Positions 47,545 through 62,400 of a DNA stretch of 64,000 nucleotides are shown here, one piece after another. How positions within the stretch are numbered: the first letter of the stretch is position 1; each line of letters starts with the position of its first letter. The translations under genes were made by a program, and so were the position numbers. The DNA comes from Phoronis australis (lineage: Eukaryota > Animalia > Phoronida). The notes beneath the pieces were generated by a model. That model saw only the letters and a program-made list of their open reading frames with translations, had not been told where the DNA came from and did no database searches. The stretch spans positions 882,362 to 946,361 of the forward strand of contig NMRA01000007.1 in NCBI GenBank assembly GCA_002633005.1, read 5' to 3'.

Positions 47545-50500
47545 CTGCAAATAACCGGGGACAAAATTTAAACACTTTCACCACAAAGTTACAACAGAAA
47601 ATGTACCAGCCACCGCATGACTTCCTACCATTAAGAGATGTTTGAGACAGTTCAAGCAGACGGTACAATTGTAATAAAACCGAACAACGTTCTATAAAGT
47701 AAAAACGGAATAAAAAAGGAAGATAGGTCTAGCAAATCAGTTTTTGAAACACACCATCAGATACTAAGAAATGACAAATACTTTTTATGTTGATGCACCT
47801 GTCATTAAGAACAAGATGAGTGTGCGAAAAGGGCACTTATCAACTTGTCCACAAAATGGTACAAAAGAAAGACTGTTGCTTAAATCTGACGGGCAGAAAG
47901 ACAAATCAGGAACTGAAAGTTACTACAAACACACACCTCATCAATACTAAATTTACCATGTTCGGATAATGTCAACAGACGTTATGTTATCCTTAGCCTG
48001 TCAACATGGCTACCAACATGTATGTAATACCTCACAGCATAACATGATCCAACATATCCTCCTTCAACCTGTTACAGACCACAACCATCAGCACTCAACA
48101 AGCAGTAATCAACAAAACCACAAACACACAGCTAAATACATAAGCAGGAAAACAAATGCTGCCTCTTTCTCAGGATCGCCACCGTTGTGGTTACGTCCAG
48201 AGCCGGGCCGACCACAAGGCCGCGGAAGTAATGCCACCACAAGGCGAAGGAACCGATGCTTAGGGCCCTGCGGTGACGGGAACGCCCTTTGAGGACTGAG
48301 GTACATCTGCAGTGAAAGGGGTCCTAAAGTCAAACATCTAGCTTAAGATTCCTCAAAAGTTTAAGGACCATCCTTGGCAACACCAAGAATAGGGCAAGGC
48401 GTTATGACCAAAAGACGATAGGGTCATGGTAGCGGGAGAGGGAGGCATATACTTTAGAGATACTCAACATAATAGTCTACAGACATTCTCAGAAACATTT
48501 GACCTCTCAGCTTGTCTGTGTATGTCTAGTAACAGGATGAAGTAATAAGAAACATTCTACATACAACTGTTCAGTGTTTAAGCATCTTTAGTTAGACCCA
48601 GTTTCTAATTATGGAGTGCAAGAGAGGCCAAGGTGCCATGGACTAAACCCAATTTCTTTCATTCACCAACGTTCAACGTTTTTACGTAAATCCTTTGAAT
48701 ATCCCACCTCACTAGAATTGATAAAAATTATTGTGTTGTCTACCACTACCATATCACCACATAGTGACAAGGCATATTTCTTGCCACATGTCGAAAAATG
48801 GCTATTGGCGTTCAAATCTATGTTGACAATATGCATTTTACAACACAAATCCATAATCCATAAAAGTGTGTACTTTGTCAACACGACATTGGTGACACTG
48901 GCTCAGAACTATAGTCCAGGAACACAGGTGTTCACACAATTCTTTAGTATAAAGAAGAATTTGCCCTATTTAGACAGCTAAAAAACAAAATCAAATTAGG
49001 CTTTTTCCGCTCATAAAATTGGTCTCATATTCTTTACCACGATAGGATTCCCTTTCCGTTTCCAAGAACAACAACCATCAGCGACTCGAGAAAAAATTTT
49101 CAACTTTACTGGAGTTGGCCATCCAACTTGAGTCGCAGGCAAAGACATTAACGCGTACCGTTTTTCGAATTTGCAATTTTAGTGTTGGCCAACCCCAATA
49201 AACTCAAAATACTTTCAAAGTTCCTCTTGGTAACGCAAATGAAATCCTATCACAGCAAGAAATATTATGAGACTGATTTTTATGAGTGTAACAAGACTAA
49301 TTTGATTTTCATTTTTAGCCAGCTAAACAGGCAAAATGCAGCTGAAGTTGAAATTAACGTAATGTAGAAGCCAAGAAAAATGACAAAATTTGGTTAAATT
49401 CAGAATGTCATATCTCAGAGATGGCTGATCGGATTCATATGAAACTTTCAGATACTATGCTTTATGTTCTTTAAAACTGTTTCTGGCATGTTAAACTTTA
49501 ACATGAGAGGCTTTCAAAAACTAAGGACTTTATTTGACTAAAACAAAAAATGAAATCTAAGTTTAGTATACTACAACAGAATTATTGAGATTTCATCATA
49601 AACATTTATCTAGAACAGAATCTGGTCGTGTTGATGTCATTGTTTTGCTAAGAATGTATCTTTTTGATAAATTTTACTAAACAGACATGACTAGTAATGC
49701 AATAAATGTAGATTGGTATAAAGTCAAAAATCTAATTCTCCAGACGTTTTACATTAAAAAAATATTGAACTTTCCTGATTTAAGATTTGTAGTCTTGTAG
49801 ATATTTGGCTAAATGTACTACCAAAGGTAAGCAATACTGATCAAGAAGATGGCTACCACCAAACAGGAGACAGAGGGTGTCATCTGGAGGTTAACTATAA
49901 AATGATGTGCTCCAACAAAAGCCAATTAAATCTCAATAGCCTTGTTCAGTGGTTCAGTTCCTGTCATTAGCTTTGATATTTTAGGGTAAGTGGCTTTTAA
50001 AGAAGGCGTGAACTTCAACAGCAAAAACTGACCGTAAAGTAACCACCAATGCCTTAGCCTCCCTTACCAACAAGCAGACATGACCTCATTAAACTCCATC
50101 GAAAATTCACAGCAAGCATAATCTTTAACCAGTCAAGCTCATCTTATCACTTTCAGAATTTATGGAAGCACAAAGAGTTCACTATCTATTGTCAAATGTA
50201 TGGCAATGAGAGAGACAACCAACATCTAGAGGTCAGCAATGGGCAGCAGGGCAGCCAGTATAGCGGTTTAGCCATCAGCCATCCAAAGTGGTCACTTAGC
50301 CGTTCTCTGCACATCCGCAAGTCGTGGATATTTCAGTGCATGCAAACAGTTGTGGCAAACGTAACTTCAGCAAAAAATTGAAAGTTACGCCAAATGTTAT
50401 TCAGTCATCAAGAGAGCACATTTGGCAGTGGAGTTCATTTTTGCAATTCAATTAGAGCTAATTCATATAGACTTAAAGTTCACGCACGTTATACCAAGTG

Positions 50501-51265
50501 CAGTGAATCAATTTTGATTTGCCTGCCAATCCCACAGGATTGTTGACCACACTGGACCAAATAATCTAATTTTCGTTCATTCTATCTTTTTTCCATATGC
50601 TGAGTTCCCATGCATTATTATTCATTATTATTCATCCAAAAATCACTAATAACTGCCTCAAACAACAGTGGCAATGAACTGATCTACACGCCGGAAAACA
50701 GAGTGGCGTAAAAAGAAAGAAACAACAATCAGTGATTGCTTGTTAGTTTAACATTTTGTCGAGGCCGCAATGGGCAAACAACAATTATTACTAGAGATGA
50801 TTAACAAGTTCGTAACAGTCCCTGTGCAAATTTCACGGCTAATTCCAAAACCCGTAAAATGCCAAGAACAAATATTTGTTCATTACCAACAGAGTGACTT
50901 GGTTTCGGTTACAGCTCGTAATTATAACATAAGAAACATTTCTGGACATCAAAGCGTCCCTAGAAAACAACATATCAACATAAAACATTCTGAACAAATA
51001 AGACAATAGATTAGTGCCTAAAGCTTCCCATTTGTGGACGAAGCATAATCAATATGATTAAGATGGCACTTTCGACATTGTCCCGAGTTGCCATTACGAA
51101 CTACTGTTAACACCAGGAGGATACACTTAATTAGGCATACTTGATGTTTGCCAACATCTCAGTCACACTAGTGTTCAACTGAATGACTCAATCAGACTTT
51201 ACCCACTCAGTCCTCCACTTGACAACAGACAGCAGGTCGACTAACAAAGTACTCCGTCGCAACCA

Positions 51266-51435
51266 GCAAAGACACATGTGTAAAAGCTTTGCAGACACAC
51301 GTGTAAAAGCTTTGCAAAGACACACGTGTAAAAGCTTTGCAAAGACACACGTGTAAAAGCTTTGCAAAGACACACGTGTAAAAGCTTTGCAAAGACACAC
51401 GTGTAAAAGCTTTGCAAAGACACATGTGTAAAAGC
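51266..51435. repeat. 25-bp tandem repeat x~7 (GCAAAGACACACGTGTAAAAGCTTT)
   Basis: Directly visible; near-identical units. Confidence 0.95.
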
Positions 51436-52262
51436 GAAAACGAAAAGTGTGGAAAGACCGACTGAGATGTTGGTGACGCGCTTGCATCTGCATGGTTGTG
51501 GACAGACCTAACACGTGCATTCATTGGTCAGGAGGCTAACTGAGGACAATCGCAGGGTTGTGTTGGAGCAGAATGGCCGCCAAAGACTGACGAGTAGGGG
51601 TTAGGGGTGCACGCTGATATTCAAGCAGCTGTACCTATTGGAATCAATTAAAAAAATACCGGTGAACATCAATAACAGATGCACAGGATATTCAAAGTCA
51701 GTTCAGCTATAAAAGTTGCGTCTCGAAATATGGTTTTGCACAGTTTGGTAAATTGATACTGCACAGCCCCCTGTTACAAAATGAAACCAATTCTTGTGCA
51801 TCTTTTAATATTCATGCTCACAATATTAACGTATATCATAAAAATGCTACAATATAACAATAAGAATGCATTGATATCACAACATATCCATAATTGTTAA
51901 CAGTACGTTAGCCTCACTAACTGGGACAATCTTCAATAAACAGAAAACAGATGGGAAAATATCGCCAAGACCAAAATAACCTTCAAAATACAGTTTTAAA
52001 ACAAAAAGTGTCAGAAAAAATTAAGGTTTACACAAGGCTTTTTTCAGCCTTTTCTTTTGTGGAACTACTAATCCAATCAGTCTAGTTAGTAATCTAAAAC
52101 CAATCTTTTCAACAGTGCTTCAGATAACTTGATCCCAGTTTGTGTGGTAACACAGCCAGCCAAAAGCCCTATCATCAGAGGGTGTTAAGAATGACATGTT
52201 TATAGGACTGTATGTTTACAGATGTGATAAACGGCTGCTAAAATGAGAACTGAATGAACATG

Positions 52263-52374
52263 ACTCCAGGAACAGTAGATACCCACATCACCACCAGGAC
52301 AATTCAAGTGACATGAATATCACTCCAGGAACAGTAGATACCCACATCACCACCAGGACAATTCAAGTGACATG
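52263..52374. repeat. 59-bp-period tandem duplication
   Basis: ACTCCAGGAACAGTAGATACCCACATCACCACCAGGACAATTCAAGTGACATG twice. Confidence 0.9.
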
Positions 52375-53284
52375 TACCTCCCTTTAAGCACCTCCATTTG
52401 AATATTTATAAGGTGATTCTTCATTCATTTAGCACACAATTTGGCTAACAGGTGGACTTTCATTTTGTCTGATCAAAATTTAACGTTAAGACAGTTCTAG
52501 TTCATGAACAAAATAGTTTGTACAGAAAAAGCTGCCTGGAAACGATGTTTCACGGCTTCTTACATTGCAGTTAGCCTTTGAAAATTCTAAAAATCACAAT
52601 TTTCTCAATTGTTTTTTGCAAAATATATGAAGAATTGCCATGCTCTAAATTTTTTGAACATTTTCAGGAAAATTAGGTTTTGGAATCGTGTTCTAATTTC
52701 AAAACGGTGGAAATGACACATAAAAATACCCAGAAACGGTACTGAACTGACTGGTTGAAAAGAAAATTCCCATCAGAGACTTCAGAAGGAGTGTGTCAGG
52801 GTGTGCTACAAGTGACTGTAAAAAATGCAAGACATGCGGAGACACGTGGACTAGATTTTTACACTGATGTAAATGATTACAAAACAGAGCCACTGGGTTA
52901 TGACTGTTTTGTGAACATATATGACACATATGGCCGACTCAACAGACCTCACACACGGCTCGGCTAAAGAGCAAGAGAGGAGGTGACAAGTGCGGAGAAA
53001 GCAAGCTGAGATGCTTGGAAATTGATTGGAGGAAACAATCTTCTGTTAAAGTGAGACCAATCGAAGACCAAAATGAGCAACTAGGAATTTTATGACTCAG
53101 TCTCAACAACAAAGTGAAGCATTAGAAAACAAAAGAAAACTGGAAAATTCCTCCAACGTTCTCCCTGGCCACACTGTTATCATACTACACTGTACCACTA
53201 TCAAAACATTTTTTCTTAACAACGAAATAGTTTAAGTATTTCTACACAAATCTTATTTGTATTCTTGGCAAAGAAAAATGAAAC

Positions 53285-54217
53285 CTGGAAATATCAAAAA
53301 ACACAATTTCTTGTTGTGGTTAATTCAAGACGTGAGGTATCTCAATAGCCAACACCACATTTCTTACAATTGAGCTTTTGAAGAAACATTGGTCCAAACA
53401 CCTTGTCAATCAACAATTTAGACAAATCACTGAGGAGCACAGAGGCCCATCACACCAATGGTAAGGTGTGGAGGTTTAGGGGAGTGCCAGTCGGTATGAA
53501 CAGTTTACATGGGTTTGAATCAAAGTTAAGAGTGCCAGCTACCTTGGCAGCAAATAGCTGTGAGTGGAGTTAACAGGTCGGCAAGGCTTCGATGTTGTGT
53601 TGTGAAAGGTTAGCCTCAGTGTAATCGGAACACCTAACATGTGTTGCAGTCAATAAAGGCATGCGTTGTCCAATCACTTGATGTTTTTCTCAAATATTCA
53701 ACATTCTACAAGCGCTTCATTTCATTTATGATAAGACTACCCTATTTCAAATTTAAAAAAAACAAACAAAATTTTAAGCGCCACCTAGCAAAAACTTTGA
53801 TAACCAACGTAACAAGCCACGATCATTTCTGTGACCAGTACGGTCAGAAATGTTCCAACTACTGTCACACTGAGTTTACATCAACCCTGCTCTGGTACCA
53901 GGTTATGAGTAAGTATGAAACAGCCTGAATAAAACTAAATCATGGCTACATTCTGTTGACCAAGTTTCTTGCGAGAAAAGCGAGATCATGCAAGATACAT
54001 GCACTACAATCAAAGCACATGATCACACAAGTTTTTTTAGGTCTACGACATGCAGCTCTGGAAATACCAAAAAAAACACAACTTCCTAATATACACAATT
54101 CAACATGTGAGATTTCTTAATAGTCTAACACAACATTTCATACAGCACAACATTCACATAAACATGTTCTGAACACCTTGTCAATCAACGATTTATGACC
54201 AATCATTGAGGAACACA
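53285..54217 (+). repeat. Diverged ~155-bp direct repeats (53285-53441 and 54058-54217)
   Basis: CTGGAAATA.CAAAAAACACAA and AACACCTTGTCAATCAAC.ATTTA..AATCA.TGAGGA.CACA blocks in both. Confidence 0.55.
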
Positions 54218-57200
54218 TGCTGTGTGGATTAACCCTGAGCCTGTTGTGTATATTGACATATTGATGTAATTAGCCATATAATTAGTTATGTAATATATTG
54301 AGCTGGTCAGTCTGGAGAGACCCTGCTTATTCATTCACCACAACCTGGTTCACCAACGACAGAGAGAATGGAAATTTCTCAACACAAGCCAGGGAAAACA
54401 AAAAAATCTTGAGACACCTACTAAACAGAAGACATTCAGGTGCCACATTGTTGCTAATTAGGTCAAGCCAAAGTCATAAACTTCAAACTTGAACAAACCA
54501 AAATACAGTGATGACTTCTACGGTTAAAACAACAAATCATTTTTGTAGACAAATCTGTTCGTTAGGTTCATAACAGACTTGCTTACAAAAGTGTATCTAG
54601 AGAGCACTATATTTTTGACAAGTAATATTTTAACATGTCACAAAAACCATTAGACTAATAGAATGAATAATCTAGTCAGAAGCTACACAGGATAACTTCA
54701 TTACAAGAGTACATTACAAGAGTATAAAAGGAACAAAGACTGTGTTACTGTACTCTAAGGACGTGTCATATGAACGGACAATGACTGTTGTGTAAAATGA
54801 CATTTATTTGAGCTTGTCCTTTTCTTAATTACACACATTCTTTCAAACAACAGCACAAATTACAAGAAGGACTTTATGTAGTGACTATCAACATCACCAT
54901 GACAACCCTAACAAGGGACCACCAAGTGCCATGAATACCTTCCCCCAATGAGAGATGTCACACATTTGGTTTATTGAAATCAAAGTAAACTCTCCATTTT
55001 CTTCCACAATTCAACATTCCAGCCATCTTGCCAGTTGTATATGCAAGCATAGACCTGAGCTCACATGTGAAAAGCTAAACAGTTGCCCTTTACTCCCCTG
55101 ATTTTGCATGGTCTACCGAATGCTATGGGCAAACAAACTTGAACAAACAGGAGGCGAATTTTTGTCTGCATAAGGAATACCTGTGTGGAACATGGGAAAG
55201 TTTATAGGCATGTAGTAACCAGTTTGACAATCGAGATGCCTCTGAATGGGGATTGTAATTTGCTTATTTATCTGCGCTGGCTTCAATACTAATTCACCAA
55301 ATATTTTGCCACTTTAAAGTCACCTTCTGTCAATTTCCAGGCCCAGCATCATGTCACTAAAACTGGACACTGGTTCATGGTTAAGGGCAACTTAAAATAC
55401 CACAAAAAGAAATGTTTAGAGGGACCAATATCAACAGAGTAGCCTGAATCTCACAGGAGCTCACATACTTGTGGCATGTCTTACAAGAGGATACAAACCT
55501 ACAGCTTCAATAAAATCTGACCCTGGTCCTCAGCCTATTAACAGTGTTTGATTAATTTGTCGATCGTACAATATTGCACCCAGCAGCAAAAGACGTTGGC
55601 TTTCGGAAAACATAACTTGCTTAATTTGATTTCACAGCTTAAGTTTCTGAGAGAATGGTGATTTTCTAATCTTTTTCACCGTTGAACTTCATGCTTTGAA
55701 AACAAAATCAACCTTTTGGAGATAATTCAATGAATCAGTCGGTAATTATTTCCAAATGAATGGAACTTAACCGATTTCAAATAATATAGAGAAATTTAAG
55801 TGGAAGGTTAATGACCCATCTGTAGTCTAGTATGGTGTAATACACAATTACCTACAGTGGCAGAGCAGGGGAGAAAACAGCATTTAACACAGCGAATTTC
55901 ACCCTGGAGAGTTTACAATCAGTCTCAATAAAAATACAGTTAACCCGAGACTGGAAAAACTGCAACTTTTAAAATTTCATCAAACTTTCACTATCAGTTG
56001 TTACAAAGTGGAAGAGTTCATTTTTGATGGCATGCCAATAACGAGATATATTTTTCTAAACATGTATATTTGTGGAGAACTATATAATAATGAAAATGGA
56101 GTTCTGCTTCACGATCCTATTCTATGTAACATCACAGCAGCGCTACCAGCGAAGGAAGTGACTGCTGGATAGAGTTACGCAATTTGTAACTAGAACATAA
56201 TGTTGCTAAGTACGAGAATTGGCTTTCAAAAAAATGTGACTTGTATGACCAAAAATGAAGTGCGAAATGCAAGACCAAAAATGACCTATTGCGCACTATA
56301 TCAAAGGAAATGTAAGATTACATTTCACCAATTAAGGACACGATAATGTGGACAAATACATTTTTTCCACCATTTAAAAGCATCATTTTCAAATTCTAAA
56401 CAATAGCCACCATCAGACAATGTTTTGAGGTATTGTGGGCATTCAGAACAAAAACAGAAGCCCGTGAAAATGAAAAAAGCTCCATTTTGTACATTTCTTT
56501 TTTGTCCAAAGTTAGCAAAACTTTAAGTTGAAATTCTTCCTTGCTCTTGTTACACAGGTGCCTGTAAATATTCACAAATGAAATCTGTATGAAGACGTTA
56601 ATGGACCACAGTCCACACTCTGTTTGATGTTAGCATGAGTAACTTCGCAAGAATTCTACAGCAAGTAAAAAAGGAGCAGCGAAAAATCGTAGCATTTGGG
56701 CAGACCATTATGCCATGGTCAGCGGTATCAGATTGATCAGCTGGCAGGTGAAAGACAGGTGCAGGTAGATTGTGGGCCTGTCGGATGCCAAGGAATGAGC
56801 AGAATACTGGATCGGGTGACATTAACCTTTCAGAAGTGATAACAAGCTTAACTGACATGGTCGAGGATGACTTGGTTAAGGATGACACACGGCTCAACAG
56901 CACATCTTCTGAGTGTGGCCAGATGTTCATGCTATAGGAATTTATGACCATTCGCAGATTGATCATCAAATTCTCTTTTACAGCCTCATTATGAAGACAA
57001 CCAAGTCATTTTTATGATTCCTAGTTCCTTCAGCTTATATCATAAACCTTAATATCAGTTTAAAGTGTCCACACACAAACTTAAACTGAAACAACTTGCA
57101 CTGGTGCATCTCTCCTCTTTCTGGAGCGTCCACACACAGTCACACATCCGATAACTAGAGTAAGGTAGGAACTGTCGCTGCGCACATGACAAGAGACAGC

Positions 57201-57275
57201 TGATGTGAATACAGCGCAAAAGAGGACCCATTTGTATGTAACCTTCAGCCTTGCCTCAGGTTTGCGGCCACACAG

Positions 57276-57429
57276 CACAAGTTGCCCTAGAACAAGTTAC
57301 CCTACCTCAATAAGGTGGAATAAGTCGTCACAAGTGGGACAAGTTGCACTAGATTAAATAGCGGCCACACAGCTCTCTAACCTAGCGACATCTCGTTCCA
57401 GGAGTAACTTGTTCTGGGGTAAGTTTGTG
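57276..57429. mobile_element. Short TIR element
   Basis: CACAAGTTGCCCTAGAACAAGTTAC / GTAACTTGTTCTGGGGTAAGTTTGTG. Confidence 0.55.
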
Positions 57430-59245
57430 TATGGATGGCAGTTAGGACACATAACAGCAAGTTAAAACTGTCCCAATTCAAAATGAAACACTTTGACTAT
57501 AAACAAAAAGCAAATCCAAGCCTGAAACATTTTTGGATCACACAAGACATAAGATAAAGTGTTTTGCACTGTGTGGACAACAGGACCACAAACTAGATAA
57601 CAGATGCAAATCTGACAAGATAAGCAAATCTCTTTAATTTGATGTATTGTTTTCAGTAGCCTGGTAACATTTACTCAGATGTATTAAGAACAAAAACATT
57701 GACTTTAATCATGTCTAATTTGTTGGTCATGTCAACGACACATTCCTCAGTCACTCTGGACATGAAATGGTGCATTAATTTCAAAGACAAAAGCACAATG
57801 CAGGACTTAACAACAGACTTGACGAGATATGCAATCTCTTGCGCCTAGGCCACTTTTACAGCAACTGCAGATTTCCAACCATTTTGATGGAAGACACTAA
57901 TGAAACAAACTTCAAAGAATCAATGGAGCTTCCCTGAAGCAGAGACTGGCTCAGCAGTCTGCTCATTCTCACAATAGGTGTGGTAATTCACACATTGACA
58001 ACCAACCACACAGGAATCGATACTGAATCAGCCACATGTGAATGGTCCAACTCTTAATTGTTGACTAAATTATCGTTAAAGAGTTCTCTATCCAGTCGGT
58101 GAAACACTATGCAAAAATATTGAAGAAATAAGAATGACAATGACACTGTTTATCTGGGACGATAACGATGACTAAGAAGTATTTAAAGTATTCAAACATT
58201 TTTGAAATTCATTTAAACACAGGACTCCTGGATAGGGACCATAAACAAAAATCAACAGCTTTCTTCACAAATTTACATGGATACAAAATTGGAATTGGAC
58301 TAATTTTTCTTGTCTCAAACTTAAAACAAAACAAAAACGTAAAACTCAAAATTAATCACTAGTGAGACCATCTGACAAATATTTCTGGTTTCAAACTTAA
58401 AATGGAAACGAAAAGATACAACTTGACAACACAGTATTGAGAGAATGAATACAAGACCAGTACATTCAAACAAGGATTTTTTTTAGTTAAGATTACACAT
58501 TTTGTTCACAGTACAGGGGAGCTGGCAAATACCCCAATATTCCCACCACAGGGACTCAAGGCAAAGGTGGTTCAGTGAGGGATGTGGTTTAGTACCACCA
58601 GGTGACCACTACCTGCTTGGAACTGCTTGTGGTCACCTATAAGTGACCAGGTCAAGAGGTGAATCACCCCCACTCAACACGCGCACACACACACCAGAGT
58701 CCTAGGTAAAACAACTAGTAAGAAAATGTTTTACAAGAAAAAACAAATAAAGATACAAGTATTAATTTGATTGAAGAACACTTAAATCCATAAAAGAAGA
58801 TTAGAAAACCGCGAATAACAATATCTACACGAAACACGAGTGTTAAGTCGATTTAAAGGTTTATCATGACTGGTAGACTTACTAACATAGAACACAAGTG
58901 TCTTTATTCCAGTTTACATGTTTAATAACTAGTTAATTATCCATCAATGACCTTGAATGGGGAGGTTATCACGTAAGTTATTTTTACAGCACTTTATCAT
59001 CAACACTAGAAAATATCACAAACATATCCCAGCATCAGTGAACTGTGCGTGAAGACCATTTTAGATCCGAGAGAGTCATCGACGTGGGGTGAAATTGGAT
59101 AACTGACAGGATTAGAAGACTTAAGACAAGAGGATTGTTGAACTGTCTAGAATGACAAATCTCCAGCCTAGCCTGAAATAGGCAAATTCAATGGATGATT
59201 GGAAACTACAGGAACATACATGTAGACATACAGTAAAATACCTAC

Positions 59246-59409
59246 TGTGGTACAAGATCATTCAAGTCCACCGGGTCTGTAGGGTCGATAACCACTGGCC
59301 GCGGTATCTGGTACTGGACATGGTCCAACAAGTCGAGTTCTTCCTGCAGGATCCGCCGCTCAATCGGATACAAATCCAAAAAAGCTGGTTCTTCCATAGC
59401 GATCCGCAT
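59246..59409 (-). CDS. Candidate alternative first coding exon of PPP4R4 (MRIAMEEPAFLDLYPIERRILQEELDLLDHVQYQIPRPVVIDPTDPVDLNDLVP)
   Basis: GC-rich coding-like island; acceptor at 59431-59432; CA|GTAGGT phase-2 donor compatible with the exon starting at 47544. Confidence 0.55.
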
Positions 59410-62400
59410 TTGTCATTTATAACCGGTGTACTAATCCAAAACACACAAACTCACAACTTAAACCCAGTGTGAAAGGGGCAACATTAAGGTCATCCTAGGT
59501 GTACATAAGTGAACACAGGACGTCATCTTCTTGGTGTTGCCATGGGTGATAAATTATATCCTCACTACCATCAAATACACTTAGCGGAAAATTAAATAAA
59601 ATAATACGAGTCAACTTCACGCTCACTGTGGTCAATAAATCCAGGCACTGAAAACACCGACTCCCAATAAAAAATAAGCTGCAATACCTAGTAGAGCAAG
59701 TCCACCACTATAGTATTTGTTCCTTGGCAGAATGTAAGCACACAATTCTAATCCTGAGGTTATCCTTTACCTATCACAGGAACCGAGCAGCGTGATAACG
59801 TGTTTGTGAGTGAAGCAATCCACTAAGTGACTCAGTCAGCGAATGTATCCAATAATCACTATGCCTTGGTCACCCACGTATGTTTATATTGATATTTCCA
59901 TATGTCTGTCATTAACTGAATCAAACTCTAGTGTTATCCACCATACGGTTGACTGGTCACACACTCCGCTGATAACTGACAACAGCAGAAAGACATTTTC
60001 CTTGCCATTCACAATTTGAGTGTTCAAATCTCAAGTGATTAGGATGGCAAACATCGCAACAGTACTATCTTCTCTTTATAGAAATGGATACACTGGCATA
60101 TTTTAATGCCCAGTTTTCAATAGATCCCTTTAATTTGCTACCCTAAACAGCTTTACAACTGGCTTCCAGAATAGTTTTGATGAAAGCCACTTTCAACAGA
60201 AAATGACATTTATAGCTGGTATCCAGAGGCGGCTGTTTATCAATATGCTTCTCTCAGAGGTCAGAGGTCACATATATCCAGCACTTGTCAACTATGGCTG
60301 ACCCTTATTGGCTAACTCAAAACAGTAATTAGCAGCAGAAAGACGCAGTTACATGAGTAACTAAGACCAGGCTGTGTAGTAGACCTATGGCAAATGTACT
60401 AGCCAGTACTCCCACAGATACTCTGGTTATCTTAATTAGGTGAGGGAGATTAATCAACCCCTCTGAGTACAAACCACAAATCTTGATATCCAAATTAACC
60501 TAATAAATATTTATAGACAGGCCAAGACAGCATATGCTTATCATAAAATAATATTTTTCGAACTGTCTTGATTGATCAGTCTGTGTTTAAGGAGACTGAA
60601 CCTGTGCAAAATAAGCCAACAGTGAAGATTATATATTGAAGAAGAGCTCGAATATACATTTACTTCCAATGAAACAACAACCTGGATTCTCAACATCAAG
60701 GAAAACATTAATACCAAGTGACAGTAAAGTGCCCCTTCACAGACTCTCTGTTTCCACGCCAACCAATCAGCCAGCTCAACAAGACATCTTCAGAAATGTA
60801 TACCTCTCCAGCTGTTCACGCTTATTTTTTTGATCAGTTAAGGATGGAAACACCTCCAGCAGATGAACACAAGTGACTGTCACCCAAATCAAATAACAGC
60901 ATGAACACAACTAGTGACAGAGTTTATCCTGACCTTGCCAGAATGGTCATGGAAACCAACATGAATTTGCCTTTTGCAAATTAGACGCAACCTCAAATCC
61001 CCCAGGAACTGGTGTCTGCTCTCACTAGCGGAACGAATGAAAATAAATCTCGCCACAGCTTCTTCGCCTTTTGCCAATAACCTTCCAGGCATTGATTTTT
61101 CAGCACTTTTTGCTGGCAACTTGTCTGATAATTCCTTCATAACTGCCTCAACAAATTACAATTAAACGCTGATTTATGATGTCCACAAATACTGTCATGG
61201 TCAGATGTCATAAACTGGGAAGTGTGTTTTTGACACGTAGTAAAATGAAAATAAAAAATGATTGGACAAGTGTGCTGACTTTCAAAAGACCAGCAAATTA
61301 GAATGAAATTTTCCATCTAAATGACAGTGAATTTTTCGTCAGTAATTGCTAATTACATTCCAGCCACCTATAAGCGAACAAGATTTTACATGGAAACGGA
61401 ACACAAAAAGTTTTGAGCCCAGGGTTGAAATCTGGTCCTCTAAGATTCAAGTATGACAGAAAACAAGGGTCTCTCGTTATCCATCTCTTTAACCAGAGTC
61501 ACGGACGATGTTATCAAATGTTGGCAGGGTTTCTGGACTTTCCTTCGACCAAATTGTTGCCATATGGAGTTCTCAAAAATTACAAAACGGATGCTATCTA
61601 AATTTTACCCAAGTTTGGGTTATTCTAACATTATTTGGCCTTTTTCCTGGCATCTGACATGACTCACAACAGCCTAACACATAATAAGATACAAATTACC
61701 CCAAACAGTATAATTATGTATATTATCATTAAACCAAATTCATGTTTGGCAAAAGTAATGTACTTTCTGATCAATACAAGCCATCTAACTCGCTTAATTA
61801 TTACGTAACGTCTGACACTCTGTCGAGCCAAGTGTTTTGAAAAATTACCATCTACTGAATTATGCAGCGCTGTAAGGGATCTTGTCGTTTGTTTGCGTCA
61901 TCACGTTAAAACTGTTGCAACCACCAGTCAAAAGTGCCATCCACACTATGAGTTCCTCCAGAACAAGTTGCTGTTAGGCCGGTGCTTCTGATTATAAGTT
62001 ATTCATGAAACGCAATGGGAGGGGGCGTAAATGGAAGGTATTGACATGGTGTCACCACATTTGTCCTTGCCATTGTAAAAACTTAATTCTCATGAAATTG
62101 AAAAACATTCAATTTAAGCCAAAATATGATAAACATTCCATTTTCAACTTTTGAGTAATTTTCACTTACAAAAACATTATTTTTTATTCATTTACAATTG
62201 CGGCACAAGAAAAATTATATGAATTGCTTTTCGATACCCGATGATTTGGCGCCAGTAACTATCATATAAATTCCATATACATTTCCCAAGGCAGCGATCC
62301 TTTTTTATTAAAATATATTTATGGCTATTTGATTAGAAATCCGCTTCATTTGCCAAAAAGCCCGAGGAATTTCAATTTGTTCATCTTCATCATACCAGTT

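Noticed and set aside
51188-51524. Overlapping repetitive ORFs and CRISPR-like regularity
   Set aside because: The ORFs are read-throughs of a 25-bp tandem repeat. There are no unique spacers or cas genes, and the context is eukaryotic.
56598-56969. 123-aa minus-strand ORF in a slightly GC-richer island
   Set aside because: No recognisable domain, no convincing splice sites, and stops in the more coding-like plus frame. Possibly decayed sequence, but I cannot identify it.
60889-61140. 83-aa ORF MKELSDKLP...
   Set aside because: No homology recognised, and its donor is phase 0 in this frame, so it cannot join the next PPP4R4 exon.
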